From contig CAVFXI010000017.1 of assembly GCA_963626345.1 (NCBI GenBank), forward strand, positions 14,149 through 78,148: 64,000 nt of DNA. The letters run 5' to 3'. The DNA is from Gemmiger formicilis. Its GTDB lineage: Bacteria > Bacillota_I > Bacilli_A > RFN20 > CAG-826. How positions within the stretch are numbered: the stretch's first letter is position 1; each line of letters starts with the position of its first letter. Below are positions 1-8,832 of the stretch, piece after piece. The position numbers and the translations under genes were made by a program. The notes under the pieces were generated by a model. The model was not told the origin of the DNA and ran no database searches. It saw only the letters and a program-made list of their open reading frames with translations.

Positions 1-1
1 T

Positions 2-64
2 AAAGCATTAGCTGAAGCTTTAAAGAAAATCGAAGATAAAAAACCTGATGATTTTGATTGGTAG
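2..64 (+). CDS. 3' end of an unidentified ORF running in from upstream of the window (partial)
   Basis: The frame is open from the window edge (..KALAEALKKIEDKKPDDFDW) and ends at TAG 62-64. It is too short to assign a function. Confidence 0.2.
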   Translation, partial: KALAEALKKIEDKKPDDFDW

Positions 65-328
65 AGATATATAAAAAGTAAGGCTGTTAGAATTTAGTAT
101 AAATTTATTTGGTCAATTTTCAGAGCTAATGCAATAGAACTCTTAAACACAGTTTTCTTTGATGCTAGCACAATAAAGTCATTTGTGAAATTAGAAACTA
201 GTAAAGTTTTAGTTGTTTTTTGCTTATGAAAGCATACTAAAAAGAGAAAACTGTTTGTCAATTTATTTATCCAAAAATTAACCTAAATGGTTTACTATAA
301 TATTATGAATTTTTAAGGGGGCATTATT

Positions 329-2188
329 ATGGCTGATAGATATACGAAAAAATTTGAAAAGAAAGGATATTATCTTTCTAGTTTTTATTCTGATAGCGAT
401 TTTGAAAAATGCGATGAATTTGAGTTTGTTGATGTTGATGAAGATTTATTAAAAAGCATTATTCGAGGCGAAACTACTTTAGAAGATAAATTTAAATCTA
501 AATATGCCAATGTGGCAATATTCTTAAAATTAAAAAATACATATCATTTTAAATTAAGGGATTTAGTAGCATTTTTAGAAAAAGAAAAATTTAAAAATGA
601 AGAAATAACGATGGCTAATTTAGAGGACAATCTTTATTATGTTTTAAATTTTAAAATTAATGATAAATATGTTTTTGATAGGTATTTCTTAGATGATTTA
701 AATATTAATGATGACCCATTTTTAGAAAATGAAGATAACATTGTTAAAATATTTTTTAAATATTTAGAAAAAGATTATACAGATGGTTTATTTTCAAGTG
801 TTTATGAATCAATTGTTATATTAAACGATTTAATTAGGCAAAATGAATTACCTAGAAAAGAAAGAAAATATAACGATAATTCCTTATCTTTAGTTTTAAT
901 TTTTATGCGTGAATCAATGGAACTTACCAGAAATATAATGGATAGAAAAGAGGCGAGAAAATTTTATTTCGATAATCTTCAAATACTTTCTAATAAAGAA
1001 AATTTTTATGGGATGAAGGAACTAGGATTTTATTATTATTGTGGTGATGATGGCAAAAATGTCGATTATAAAAAGGCGGAAAAATTATTTTTAAAAGCTA
1101 TAAAACTTAAACCCGATCCATATTTAGCAAATGTTCTTGGTTACATTTATTATTATGGAAAAGGTAATAATGGCATTCCAGACTATGATAAAGCTTTTAA
1201 ATATTTTTCTGTTGCATATTTAAGTGGTGGTTTATTTGAAGCCGCATATAAATTATCTGATTGTTTTAAACATGGATATGGCACTACAAAAGATGAAAAA
1301 ACTGCTTTTAGATTGATTTCACAAATCTACGAACAAAATCTATACTATTATTTTGAAACAGATGATTCTAAATATGCAGATGTTGCGTTAAGAGTTGGAT
1401 CGTTTTTTAAAGATGGAATCGGAACTGATAAAGATCTTAAAACTGCTTATATATATTTTTTAAGAGCAAGAACTGCAATTAAAAGTAGAATAAATTGTAT
1501 TTATTATGTTGGTGATATTGGTTTAGCAAATTCAATAAATAAATCGATATTTTCAATTAAAAACGAACTTAAATATGGCGATAGAATAATTAATGAAAAA
1601 TATCATGGTTATATTTTGAAAAATTATGAAAATGATCTTGGAGAAAATAGTGTATTTGAAACAGATGTTAAAATAATTGATGAGAAATGTTTTAAGTTAT
1701 TTATTAAACCTAAGGAAGATATTGATAAAATAAAATATATCGATATTTTGGTTGATGATTATTCTTTCAACGAAAGAGTTAAGGAACTTGAATTTGTTAT
1801 TGAAACTAAAGATGCAATCATTGAAAAAGATATTAAAGCTTTAGAAAATAACAAAATTTTAAAAATGCAAGTTAATAGCGATACAATTATTTTCACAATT
1901 GAATATGGTAAAAAAGAAAAAATTATTGGTTTCAATGTTAATGAAATAGTTTATATTCCAAAATCAATGAAGGATATTCATAAAACTTACCATGTTGTAT
2001 CAGTTGTATTTAATGATGGTGGCAAACTTTATGATTATATTGATCCTAAAAAGTCGGCTTCAGTAGGTGATATAGTCATTGTTGGTACTTATGATGGAAG
2101 CAGTAAAGAAGTTAAAGTCATGGAAGTGAAAGATGTCTATGAAGACGAACTTTCACTTCCATTAAATAAGATGTCTTCAATTAAATAG
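329..2188 (+). CDS. Sel1-like (TPR-type) repeat protein with uncharacterised N- and C-terminal domains
   Basis: 619-aa ORF with GGGGG RBS-like sequence upstream. About four Sel1-type repeats lie centrally (GFYYYCGDDGKNVDYKKAEKLFLKA, GYIYYYGKGNNGIPDYDKAFKYFSVA, CFKHGYGTTKDEKTAFRL, FFKDGIGTDKDLKTAYIYFLRA). The flanking domains have no motif I recognise. Confidence 0.6.
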   Translation: MADRYTKKFEKKGYYLSSFYSDSDFEKCDEFEFVDVDEDLLKSIIRGETTLEDKFKSKYANVAIFLKLKNTYHFKLRDLVAFLEKEKFKNEEITMANLEDNLYYVLNFKINDKYVFDRYFLDDLNINDDPFLENEDNIVKIFFKYLEKDYTDGLFSSVYESIVILNDLIRQNELPRKERKYNDNSLSLVLIFMRESMELTRNIMDRKEARKFYFDNLQILSNKENFYGMKELGFYYYCGDDGKNVDYKKAEKLFLKAIKLKPDPYLANVLGYIYYYGKGNNGIPDYDKAFKYFSVAYLSGGLFEAAYKLSDCFKHGYGTTKDEKTAFRLISQIYEQNLYYYFETDDSKYADVALRVGSFFKDGIGTDKDLKTAYIYFLRARTAIKSRINCIYYVGDIGLANSINKSIFSIKNELKYGDRIINEKYHGYILKNYENDLGENSVFETDVKIIDEKCFKLFIKPKEDIDKIKYIDILVDDYSFNERVKELEFVIETKDAIIEKDIKALENNKILKMQVNSDTIIFTIEYGKKEKIIGFNVNEIVYIPKSMKDIHKTYHVVSVVFNDGGKLYDYIDPKKSASVGDIVIVGTYDGSSKEVKVMEVKDVYEDELSLPLNKMSSIK

Positions 2189-2193
2189 ATTTC

Positions 2194-3540
2194 TTATAAA
2201 GTTTTAAAAAAAATAAATAAAGAAACAATGGCTGTTAAAAATTCACCAATTGGAAATGACCACCAAATATTTTGTGTTGGATTGTTTGAATATATAAAAA
2301 TAAAAGCAAAAGGAACAACAAATATAATTAGTCTAAGAAGGGCAGTAATAAGTGGAGTTATTGCTTTTTGATTTGCTTGAAGTTCACCTTGAATTCCAAT
2401 AGAAAAGCCCATAAAAATATAGCTAATAGAAGCAATTTGAATGCTAGTTTTACATAATTCAATGATTTCATTATTGTTTGTGCCACTTGCTAAGCCAAAT
2501 AATGTAGCAATTTGTTTTGCAAAGACCTCAAAAATTATAGTGAAAATTAAACCTAAAGCCGCTGTGTCGATTACACCATTAATTAAAATTGATTTTACTC
2601 GATCTTTGTTATTCATTCCTAAATTAAAAGATAATAATGTTATTAATGCATTACTTAAACCAAAACAAGCCATTAATGGAATTTGATATATTTTATAGTA
2701 AATGCCATATGTTCCTTGAATAAGTGCGGCATGTTCTATATTTAATCCCATAATTGCTGTTAATACAAACATGCTAATTGCAAGTAAAGCTTGCATAAGC
2801 ATTGCGGACCATCCAACTTTATATATTGCTTTAATGATTTTAGAATCTGGTTTTAATCCTTCAAATGAATTTTTAACTTCTTTATTAATTGTGTAGTGAA
2901 GAATTATGCAAATAATTAAGGAGGCGATTTGACCAATAACAGTAGCATAAGCTGCTCCTGCAATCCCCATATTTAAAGGATAAATAAAGACATAATCTAA
3001 AACAATATTAATTACTGCTCCAGAAATTTGAGCAATCATTGAAAGAGAAGTTTTACCACTTGCTTGTAAAAATCTTTCATAAATTGCAAAACCAATACAA
3101 CCAAAACACAAGCAACAACATATTTTTAAATAAGTCGATCCAAGCGAAATAACTTCTATATCACTTGATAAAATTTTAATAAATTTATCACTAAAAAATA
3201 ACCCAAAAATTAAGAATATTATTGAAATAATTACGCCAAGAAATATCGCGTTTCCGACGATCTTTTTAGTTTTTTCTTCATCTTTTTCGCCTAAAGATTT
3301 GGAAAGTAAAGCATTAACGCCAATTCCTGTTCCAACGCTTACTGCAATCATTAATATTTGAATCGGGAATGCATATGTTAAAGCTAAATTTGCTTTAATT
3401 CCTTGCTCGCCCATATTTATAACAAAAATAGTGTCTATTACGTTATAAAGTGATTGTAAAATCATTGATAAAACCATTGGAATTCCAAGTTTCCAAATGG
3501 TAGACCTAACTGGCTTATATGCCATTATGTTTTCGTTCAT
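2194..3540 (-). CDS. MATE family efflux transporter
   Basis: Polytopic membrane ORF with a typical MATE N-terminus (..PVRSTIWKLGIPMVLSMILQSLYNVIDTIFV). I moved the start to ATG 3540 (MNENIM..), which has AAGAGG about 8 nt upstream. The track's longer N-terminus looks like read-through. Confidence 0.85.
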   Translation of the reverse strand: MNENIMAYKPVRSTIWKLGIPMVLSMILQSLYNVIDTIFVINMGEQGIKANLALTYAFPIQILMIAVSVGTGIGVNALLSKSLGEKDEEKTKKIVGNAIFLGVIISIIFLIFGLFFSDKFIKILSSDIEVISLGSTYLKICCCLCFGCIGFAIYERFLQASGKTSLSMIAQISGAVINIVLDYVFIYPLNMGIAGAAYATVIGQIASLIICIILHYTINKEVKNSFEGLKPDSKIIKAIYKVGWSAMLMQALLAISMFVLTAIMGLNIEHAALIQGTYGIYYKIYQIPLMACFGLSNALITLLSFNLGMNNKDRVKSILINGVIDTAALGLIFTIIFEVFAKQIATLFGLASGTNNNEIIELCKTSIQIASISYIFMGFSIGIQGELQANQKAITPLITALLRLIIFVVPFAFIFIYSNNPTQNIWWSFPIGEFLTAIVSLFIFFKTL

Positions 3541-3763
3541 ATTTTTACCTCTTTTTCTGCTAATCGGACTTACAATATCAAAAGATAAAAACACATTAAC
3601 GGCAATGATTTTAATCAATTTTAATTAAAAGTTCAAACGTTTTTACGTTAGAAATTAGAGAAAATTTATGCTAAAATATAATAGATATCGATATTTTTAC
3701 ACAAAATCATCGTAGGATCTTGAAAAAGGGCAAGATTGCATCTTTTATTTTAGGAGGTTAAAA

Positions 3764-4255
3764 ATGTTTGAAGTAAACGAATATGTTTTACACAATTTAT
3801 ATGGTGTCTTGCAAATTATAGATTTTGAAGAAATTGAGTTTAATGGTGCAAAGCAAAAATATTATGTTTTACAATCGCCTTTTAGAACAAATTTAACTGC
3901 AAAAATTAAAATCCCTGTTAGCAAAAGCGAATTATTACATGAACTTCCAAAGAAGGAAAAAATTAACGATTTGATTAAAGAATTAAATGAAGTAAAGCCT
4001 ATTTGGATATCCGAATCTAAAAACAGAATAAAAATTTATGAGACAATATTTTTAGATAGTAATATTGTTGAATTATGTGCTTATTTAAAGGCCCTTAAAA
4101 AGCATAAAGATGAAATTAAATTAACAATTAAAGATCGCGATTTTATGAAAAGAGCCGAACAGATTATTTATAGTATTTTTTCAATAGGATTAGGGATAGA
4201 TTATGCTGATGTTCCTAAATATATTGAAAGTGGGTGTGCAAATCCTAATGTCTAA
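3764..4255 (+). CDS. CarD/CdnL-family transcription factor-like protein
   Basis: 163 aa. The N-terminal MFEVNEYVLHNLYGVLQIIDFEEIEFNGAKQKYYVLQ matches the CarD_CdnL_TRCF RNAP-interaction domain pattern. AGGAGG RBS upstream. Confidence 0.75.
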   Translation: MFEVNEYVLHNLYGVLQIIDFEEIEFNGAKQKYYVLQSPFRTNLTAKIKIPVSKSELLHELPKKEKINDLIKELNEVKPIWISESKNRIKIYETIFLDSNIVELCAYLKALKKHKDEIKLTIKDRDFMKRAEQIIYSIFSIGLGIDYADVPKYIESGCANPNV

Positions 4256-5210
4256 TTTACAAATTATATTTTTAGTTTTTGGAATAGTGCTATTAAGTTT
4301 AATAGTGCTTTTTCTTGTATTGTTTTTTGCTGTTGGCATTTTCTTTTACAATACTTCTTTAAAGAGAAAAGATTTAACTGAATATTATGCAAATAATGGT
4401 AAAGGAATGGATGAAACTGTTTGCTTAAAAAATGATAAAGAGTTCATCTCAACTCATAAATTTGATGAAGTTTTTATAGAAGCAAAAGATGGAATTAAAT
4501 TAGCGGCTAATGTTTTGAAGGCAAAAAATATGTCACATAAATACGTTATATTTTTTCACGGTTATAGAGGAACAGTTTTATCTGAATGGTCTAGTTTAAT
4601 TCATTTATTTTATGACTATGGATACAACATTTATGTTGTTCATGAAAGAGGCAATTGGGATAGTGGTGGTAAATATTTTACAATGGGGCCAAAAGAAAAA
4701 GACGACCTTGTTTCATGGGTGAATTATGTTGCGTCTATTGATGAAAAATCAGAAATTTGTTTGTTTGGACATTCTATGGGTGCTCATATTGTTCTCTTGG
4801 GGCTTGGTGAAGATTTAAAATCAAATGTCAAATGTGCAATTGCTGATTGTGGTTATAGCGATTTAGACGCTCAATTTTTACACACATCAAAAAATATGAT
4901 GCATTTAAAATGTTCGAGATTGCTTGTATCTATTGGTGAGCTTTATTGTAAAGTTTTTTATAAAATGCATTTTAATGAAACAACATCAAAAGCTCTTCCA
5001 AGATGTAAAACTCCAGTTTGTTTAATTCATGGAACCGCAGATAAATTTGTTCCATACAGCAATTTAAAAATAAACTATGATGCAATACCTAAAGATATTT
5101 ATAAAGAACAACACACTTTCGAGGGAGCAGCACATTGCTCAAGTGAAACAAAAGACCCCGAAAGATTTTATAAAATTGTAAATAATTTTGTTTCGACTTT
5201 TATTAGATAA
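4248..5210 (+). CDS. membrane-anchored alpha/beta hydrolase
   Basis: N-terminal TM helix, nucleophile elbow GHSMGA, and late D and H residues (HGTADKFV, GAAHC). The start is taken at ATG 4248 (MSNLQII..), overlapping the CarD-like stop by 8 nt, rather than at 4203. Confidence 0.75.
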   Translation: MSNLQIIFLVFGIVLLSLIVLFLVLFFAVGIFFYNTSLKRKDLTEYYANNGKGMDETVCLKNDKEFISTHKFDEVFIEAKDGIKLAANVLKAKNMSHKYVIFFHGYRGTVLSEWSSLIHLFYDYGYNIYVVHERGNWDSGGKYFTMGPKEKDDLVSWVNYVASIDEKSEICLFGHSMGAHIVLLGLGEDLKSNVKCAIADCGYSDLDAQFLHTSKNMMHLKCSRLLVSIGELYCKVFYKMHFNETTSKALPRCKTPVCLIHGTADKFVPYSNLKINYDAIPKDIYKEQHTFEGAAHCSSETKDPERFYKIVNNFVSTFIR

Positions 5211-5273
5211 AAAATTATTATATTTATTATTAAATAAGGTATAGAATTTGTATTGTAACGAGAGGTATTTAAA

Positions 5274-5639
5274 ATGAAATATTGTATACATTGTGGAAAA
5301 GAATTGAATGATGATGCTGTTTATTGTACAAGTTGTGGCAAAAAACAAGAAAAACCAAAACAAGAGGTTGTTGAACAAAAAAGCGATGATGGATTAGGTT
5401 TTGGTATCGCTTCAATTTGTGTTTTTTGGTTCCCTATTTTATCAATTGTTTTTGGAGTTATCGCTTTAGTTAAAGGTACAAAAACAAATAGAATTGCAAC
5501 AATTGTTTGTGCTTCTATTGGTTTATTTTTGTCTGTTGTCGCGTTGGTGCTTGAGATAATTGGTTTAGTAGCATCCGTTTCAGCAAATGGTTCTCAAAAT
5601 TGTTATGCAAATCCAGCTGGTGGATGGGTTTGTTATTAA
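5274..5639 (+). CDS. zinc-ribbon domain membrane protein
   Basis: N-terminal CxxC..CxxC (CIHCGKELNDDAVYCTSCG) followed by two hydrophobic helices. GAGAGG RBS-like sequence upstream. Confidence 0.6.
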   Translation: MKYCIHCGKELNDDAVYCTSCGKKQEKPKQEVVEQKSDDGLGFGIASICVFWFPILSIVFGVIALVKGTKTNRIATIVCASIGLFLSVVALVLEIIGLVASVSANGSQNCYANPAGGWVCY

Positions 5640-5644
5640 AAAAA

Positions 5645-5675
5645 TAAAAGCGCATAAATCATGCGCTTTTATTTT
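5645..5675. terminator. bidirectional intrinsic terminator between the zinc-ribbon gene and ybaK
   Basis: The hairpin AAGCGCAT-AAATC-ATGCGCTT is flanked by an A-run on one side and a T-run on the other. Confidence 0.6.
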
Positions 5676-6139
5676 GTAATATCCTCAAAAGTACATGGTA
5701 TAACTTTTGAGATATCTTCAACATTAATTTCGATTACTTCATTTACTTTTCCAGCACTGAAATAGATCGACTCATAATTTTTAGCAGAAATATCAAAAAC
5801 AGTTTTAAATTGCTTTTTCATTCCAATTGGGGAACAGCCTCCATGTATATAACCGGTTGTTTTTAATAAATCCTTTAATGGAAGCATCTCAATATTTTTC
5901 TCATTAACAACTTTAGCAGCTTTTTTAAGGTCCAAAGTTTTAGGTGCAGGAATGCAAAAAACATAATTCATATGTGATTTTCCAACGGTAACAAGTGTCT
6001 TAAAATCTTTTTCAGGATCTAAATTTAGATTTTTACAAATTACTTCTGCAGATACAAAAGGCTCACTTGTACATTCCAAGAAATTGTATTTTATTTTTGC
6101 TTTATCTAAAATTCTCATTACATTTGTTTTGTTTTCCAT
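5669..6139 (-). CDS. ybaK: Cys-tRNA(Pro)/Cys-tRNA(Cys) deacylase YbaK
   Basis: 156 aa with a typical YbaK/EbsC N-terminus (KTNVMRILDKAKIKY) and a GGCSPIG motif. Confidence 0.8.
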   Translation of the reverse strand: MENKTNVMRILDKAKIKYNFLECTSEPFVSAEVICKNLNLDPEKDFKTLVTVGKSHMNYVFCIPAPKTLDLKKAAKVVNEKNIEMLPLKDLLKTTGYIHGGCSPIGMKKQFKTVFDISAKNYESIYFSAGKVNEVIEINVEDISKVIPCTFEDITK

Positions 6140-6263
6140 AAAATATAGCCTCCAATCATTATAAGTTCATTTATGAGTTTTTTAAAAATTACATATCTTC
6201 GAAAAACCATAAATGATTTTTTCTCGAACTATTCATACTTTTTTGTTTTATCTTAGGTACTAA

Positions 6264-6290
6264 AAAAGCCTTCACGAAGAAGGCCTTTAA
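6264..6290 (-). terminator. intrinsic terminator of rpmB
   Basis: The GC-rich hairpin GCCTTC-ACGAA-GAAGGC lies immediately after the rpmB stop. The plus-strand A-run becomes a T-run on the minus strand. Confidence 0.55.
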
Positions 6291-6485
6291 TTAGTTCTCT
6301 TTAGTTGATTTATTGAGGGTTCGATATGCTCTAGCGCTCATTCTAACCTTATAAGGTTTTCCATCAATAAGTATTTGATATGTATGTAAATTAACATTCC
6401 ATCTTCTACGTGATGTTCTTAAACTGTGTGATCTTGTATTTCCAGATAATGGACCTTTACCTGTAATAGGACATACTCTTGACAT
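6291..6485 (-). CDS. rpmB: 50S ribosomal protein L28
   Basis: 64 aa. MSRVCPITGKGPLSGNTRSHSLRTSRRRWNVNL is the canonical L28 sequence. AGGAGG RBS. Confidence 0.95.
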   Translation of the reverse strand: MSRVCPITGKGPLSGNTRSHSLRTSRRRWNVNLHTYQILIDGKPYKVRMSARAYRTLNKSTKEN

Positions 6486-6669
6486 TTCGTTTTTCCTCCT
6501 TTAAATCAGCGTGATTAATAATAGCACTATAGACAAGTTATTTCAAGAGTTAAATAAATATTTAAAACAAGAAAGAATTACTTTGAAAAATAGTTAAAAA
6601 ATAGTAATTTTTTTAGTAAAAAAGTGTCAAAAAAATGCGACATTTTTTCTTTTTATACCTAGCATTTTA

Positions 6670-6678
6670 TGATATAAT
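6670..6678 (+). promoter_or_regulatory. candidate extended -10 promoter element (TGATATAAT) upstream of the jetA-like gene
   Basis: TGnTATAAT lies 30 nt upstream of ATG 6708. Only a weak -35 (TTTTTA) is seen. This is a sequence-only call. Confidence 0.3.
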
Positions 6679-6707
6679 TTTTATGTTATTTTAGGGATAG
6701 AAATTAA

Positions 6708-8141
6708 ATGGATTTATTTGATATATTGCCTTCGAATTATTTCTCGATTTTTGCCGGAAAAAATCGAGCTATATACGCAGAAAGTCTTGTTGTACTTTTT
6801 GAGCTTTTACAAAACGATGAAGCTTTGATTAATAAACAAGATTATTTAAAAGCCTTAAAAGATAAGAATGCCTCTGTTGTAGAAAAATTTGATTATACTG
6901 AAGAAGAAATTGATGATTTAGATGATAGTGACGAGGCTTTGGTTGGGTCATCAGTTAGCAATAAAGCCGCTTTTATTATTAGAAGACTTGAAGAAACTGG
7001 TTGGATTAATGTCGCAATTGATCCAGAAAGTTTTGAAGAGACAATTGTTTTGCCACAATATTCGATCGCTTTATTGAAATCATTTAATGAAATTATTACA
7101 GATGAAACTGCACCTTATCTTTCTTTGGTTCATTCAACTTATAGTGAACTTAAAGTAGAAGACGAAGAGCCAGATGAATTAATGTATGCTACTTTAGTAA
7201 GATGTTACCAAAATACAAAGAAACTCAAAGTTGAGTTAATTACTTTAATTCATTCTATTCGTATTTTCCAAACTAGACTTGGTAAAACATTTGATACAAA
7301 TACAGTTTTACATTCTTATTTTGATGTTTATAAAACTAAAATTAGTGATAGATATTATCACCCATTAAAAACTTTTGATAGTGTTGCCAAATTTAAAAGA
7401 CCAATTATTAAAATTTTAGAAAAATGGATTTCAAATAAAGAATTGAGAGAAAAACTTGTTTCGCAGGCTGCTTTAAGCGCTTCAAATAATAACAAAAAAG
7501 AAATTGAAAGAGATGTTATTGAAAGAATTAATTATATTACTGATACTTATGAAACAATTAATGAATTAATTTCGTCAATTGATAAAGAGAATAGTGCTTA
7601 TACAAAGAGTAGTGCTAGTAAGATTCTTTACCTCAATAATACTGATAGAACAATCAAAGGTCATCTTGAAAATATATTTAAATCTTACGCAAAGAACACC
7701 TCAAATGGTCGTGAATTAGCAAAGATTTTATCTATGATGCAAGATTGTTCAGGTTTTTCAGAACAAGGATATATTGATAGTGAATCGGTTTCATTACCAC
7801 TTTTAAGAAAGTTTAAATTTGATGGAACTCCTCTTGAAATTGTTAATTTTGACGATGCTAGCCAATTTATCATGGACAATTTCTTAGAAGAAACCAAAAA
7901 CATTTATACTGATGAAAGAATTTATGAGTTTATGGAAAAAGCTTTTGGAAGCGATAAAGATTTGAAAACAAAAGATATTTTGCTTCCAAATTTTGATGCG
8001 TTTATTTGTTTAATTTTAGCAACAATCAAGAAAGATGATGAAAGTTGTTTCTATACTGTCGAAATTGTTGATGATGGAAAGATTAAAAATGGAGATTATA
8101 TTATTCCAAACTTGATTTTCCATAGAAAGGAAGCTAACTAA
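6708..8141 (+). CDS. jetA: JetA/MksF-like (kleisin-like) subunit of an SMC-family complex; assigned by size, order and coupling rather than by motif
   Basis: 477 aa and first in a tightly coupled trio. It has an acidic linker (EEEIDDLDDSDE) after an N-terminal helical domain. Size and position equal those of JetA/MksF. I can recognise no catalytic motif. Confidence 0.5.
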   Translation: MDLFDILPSNYFSIFAGKNRAIYAESLVVLFELLQNDEALINKQDYLKALKDKNASVVEKFDYTEEEIDDLDDSDEALVGSSVSNKAAFIIRRLEETGWINVAIDPESFEETIVLPQYSIALLKSFNEIITDETAPYLSLVHSTYSELKVEDEEPDELMYATLVRCYQNTKKLKVELITLIHSIRIFQTRLGKTFDTNTVLHSYFDVYKTKISDRYYHPLKTFDSVAKFKRPIIKILEKWISNKELREKLVSQAALSASNNNKKEIERDVIERINYITDTYETINELISSIDKENSAYTKSSASKILYLNNTDRTIKGHLENIFKSYAKNTSNGRELAKILSMMQDCSGFSEQGYIDSESVSLPLLRKFKFDGTPLEIVNFDDASQFIMDNFLEETKNIYTDERIYEFMEKAFGSDKDLKTKDILLPNFDAFICLILATIKKDDESCFYTVEIVDDGKIKNGDYIIPNLIFHRKEAN

Positions 8142-8142
8142 T

Positions 8143-8832
8143 ATGTTTGAAGAAGAATTTATTAAAATACCTGTAGCTGATCAACGTGAATTTTCACATG
8201 TTGTGAATGTATTGCTTTTAAAAGGTTTTGTGGTTAGAGATATGTTTGATGCTCGTGAGAAAATGATGAGAACCAATCCTAACTACCGTTTTATTGAACG
8301 TTATTTTAACCTTATTGAAGATTATCTTAAATATAGTGGTTGGCACATTGAAAAAGATGTTGTTAGTGGTGTAATTTGTTTATCTAACGATTATGAAGAA
8401 AATAGATTGAGACTCGATAGAGAAACGAGTTTGCTTTTATTCACGCTTCGTTTAATTTTTGAAGATGAGAAAAAAGAAGGTTCTCAAACTAATGATGCAA
8501 TCTATATCACAACACCTGGTCTTATAAAAACCATGTTTGAACATGGAATTACCATGCCTGGAAAGAAGTTAAGTGGAAGACAAATTTCTAAGTCTTTAAG
8601 ATTTTTAGCAAATCACAATATTATTTCAAAAGTTAGTGGAAGTTATGATGAAGGAAACGTTAGTTTCTATATTCTTCCATCAATTGTTTATGCTCTTGAT
8701 AACAATAAGATTGTTGCTATGAGCGAAGCGTTAGACAAAATTAATAATCAAGGACTTGAAAATACTGCTTTAGGCAGAGAAGAAAACAAGGAGGATAGTT
8801 ATGAAGACTATAACCAAAATAAGAATAATTAA
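8143..8832 (+). CDS. jetB: JetB/MksE-like (KITE, DUF4194-like) subunit
   Basis: 229 aa, starting 1 nt after the jetA-like stop. The size and helix-rich tandem winged-helix-like pattern (..VVNVLLLKGFVVRD.., ..SLRFLANHNIISKV..) fit MksE/JetB. The C-terminal tail is acidic. Confidence 0.5.
   Translation: MFEEEFIKIPVADQREFSHVVNVLLLKGFVVRDMFDAREKMMRTNPNYRFIERYFNLIEDYLKYSGWHIEKDVVSGVICLSNDYEENRLRLDRETSLLLFTLRLIFEDEKKEGSQTNDAIYITTPGLIKTMFEHGITMPGKKLSGRQISKSLRFLANHNIISKVSGSYDEGNVSFYILPSIVYALDNNKIVAMSEALDKINNQGLENTALGREENKEDSYEDYNQNKNN

Noticed and set aside
2441-2686. 81-aa ORF antisense to the MATE transporter gene. The same applies to the other antisense or overlapping ORFs in the track: 5139-5378, 7685-7903, 9865-10212, 11935-12135, 14234-14476, 14662-14877, 18473-18745, 18953-19180, 20318-20802, 21073-21294, 23257-23560, 24107-24322, 24312-24653, 24713-24931, 27110-27325, 27912-28106, 30578-30760, 36307-36513, 38632-39224, 39674-39968, 41714-43450, 45503-45718, 46665-46991, 53871-54122, 55149-55337, 55715-55897 and 56152-56334.
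   Set aside because: - They lie entirely inside, or mostly overlap, long ORFs with clear homology-type motifs on the other strand or frame.
- They lack an RBS.
- Their low-complexity composition is typical of shadow frames in AT-rich DNA.
3541-3618. N-terminal 26-codon extension of the MATE ORF. The same applies to the 28-codon extension of csoR (44464-44547) and the 15-codon extension of the hydrolase (4203-4247).
   Set aside because: The internal ATGs have good Shine-Dalgarno sequences at correct spacing. For csoR, the extension would run through its own promoter and operator.
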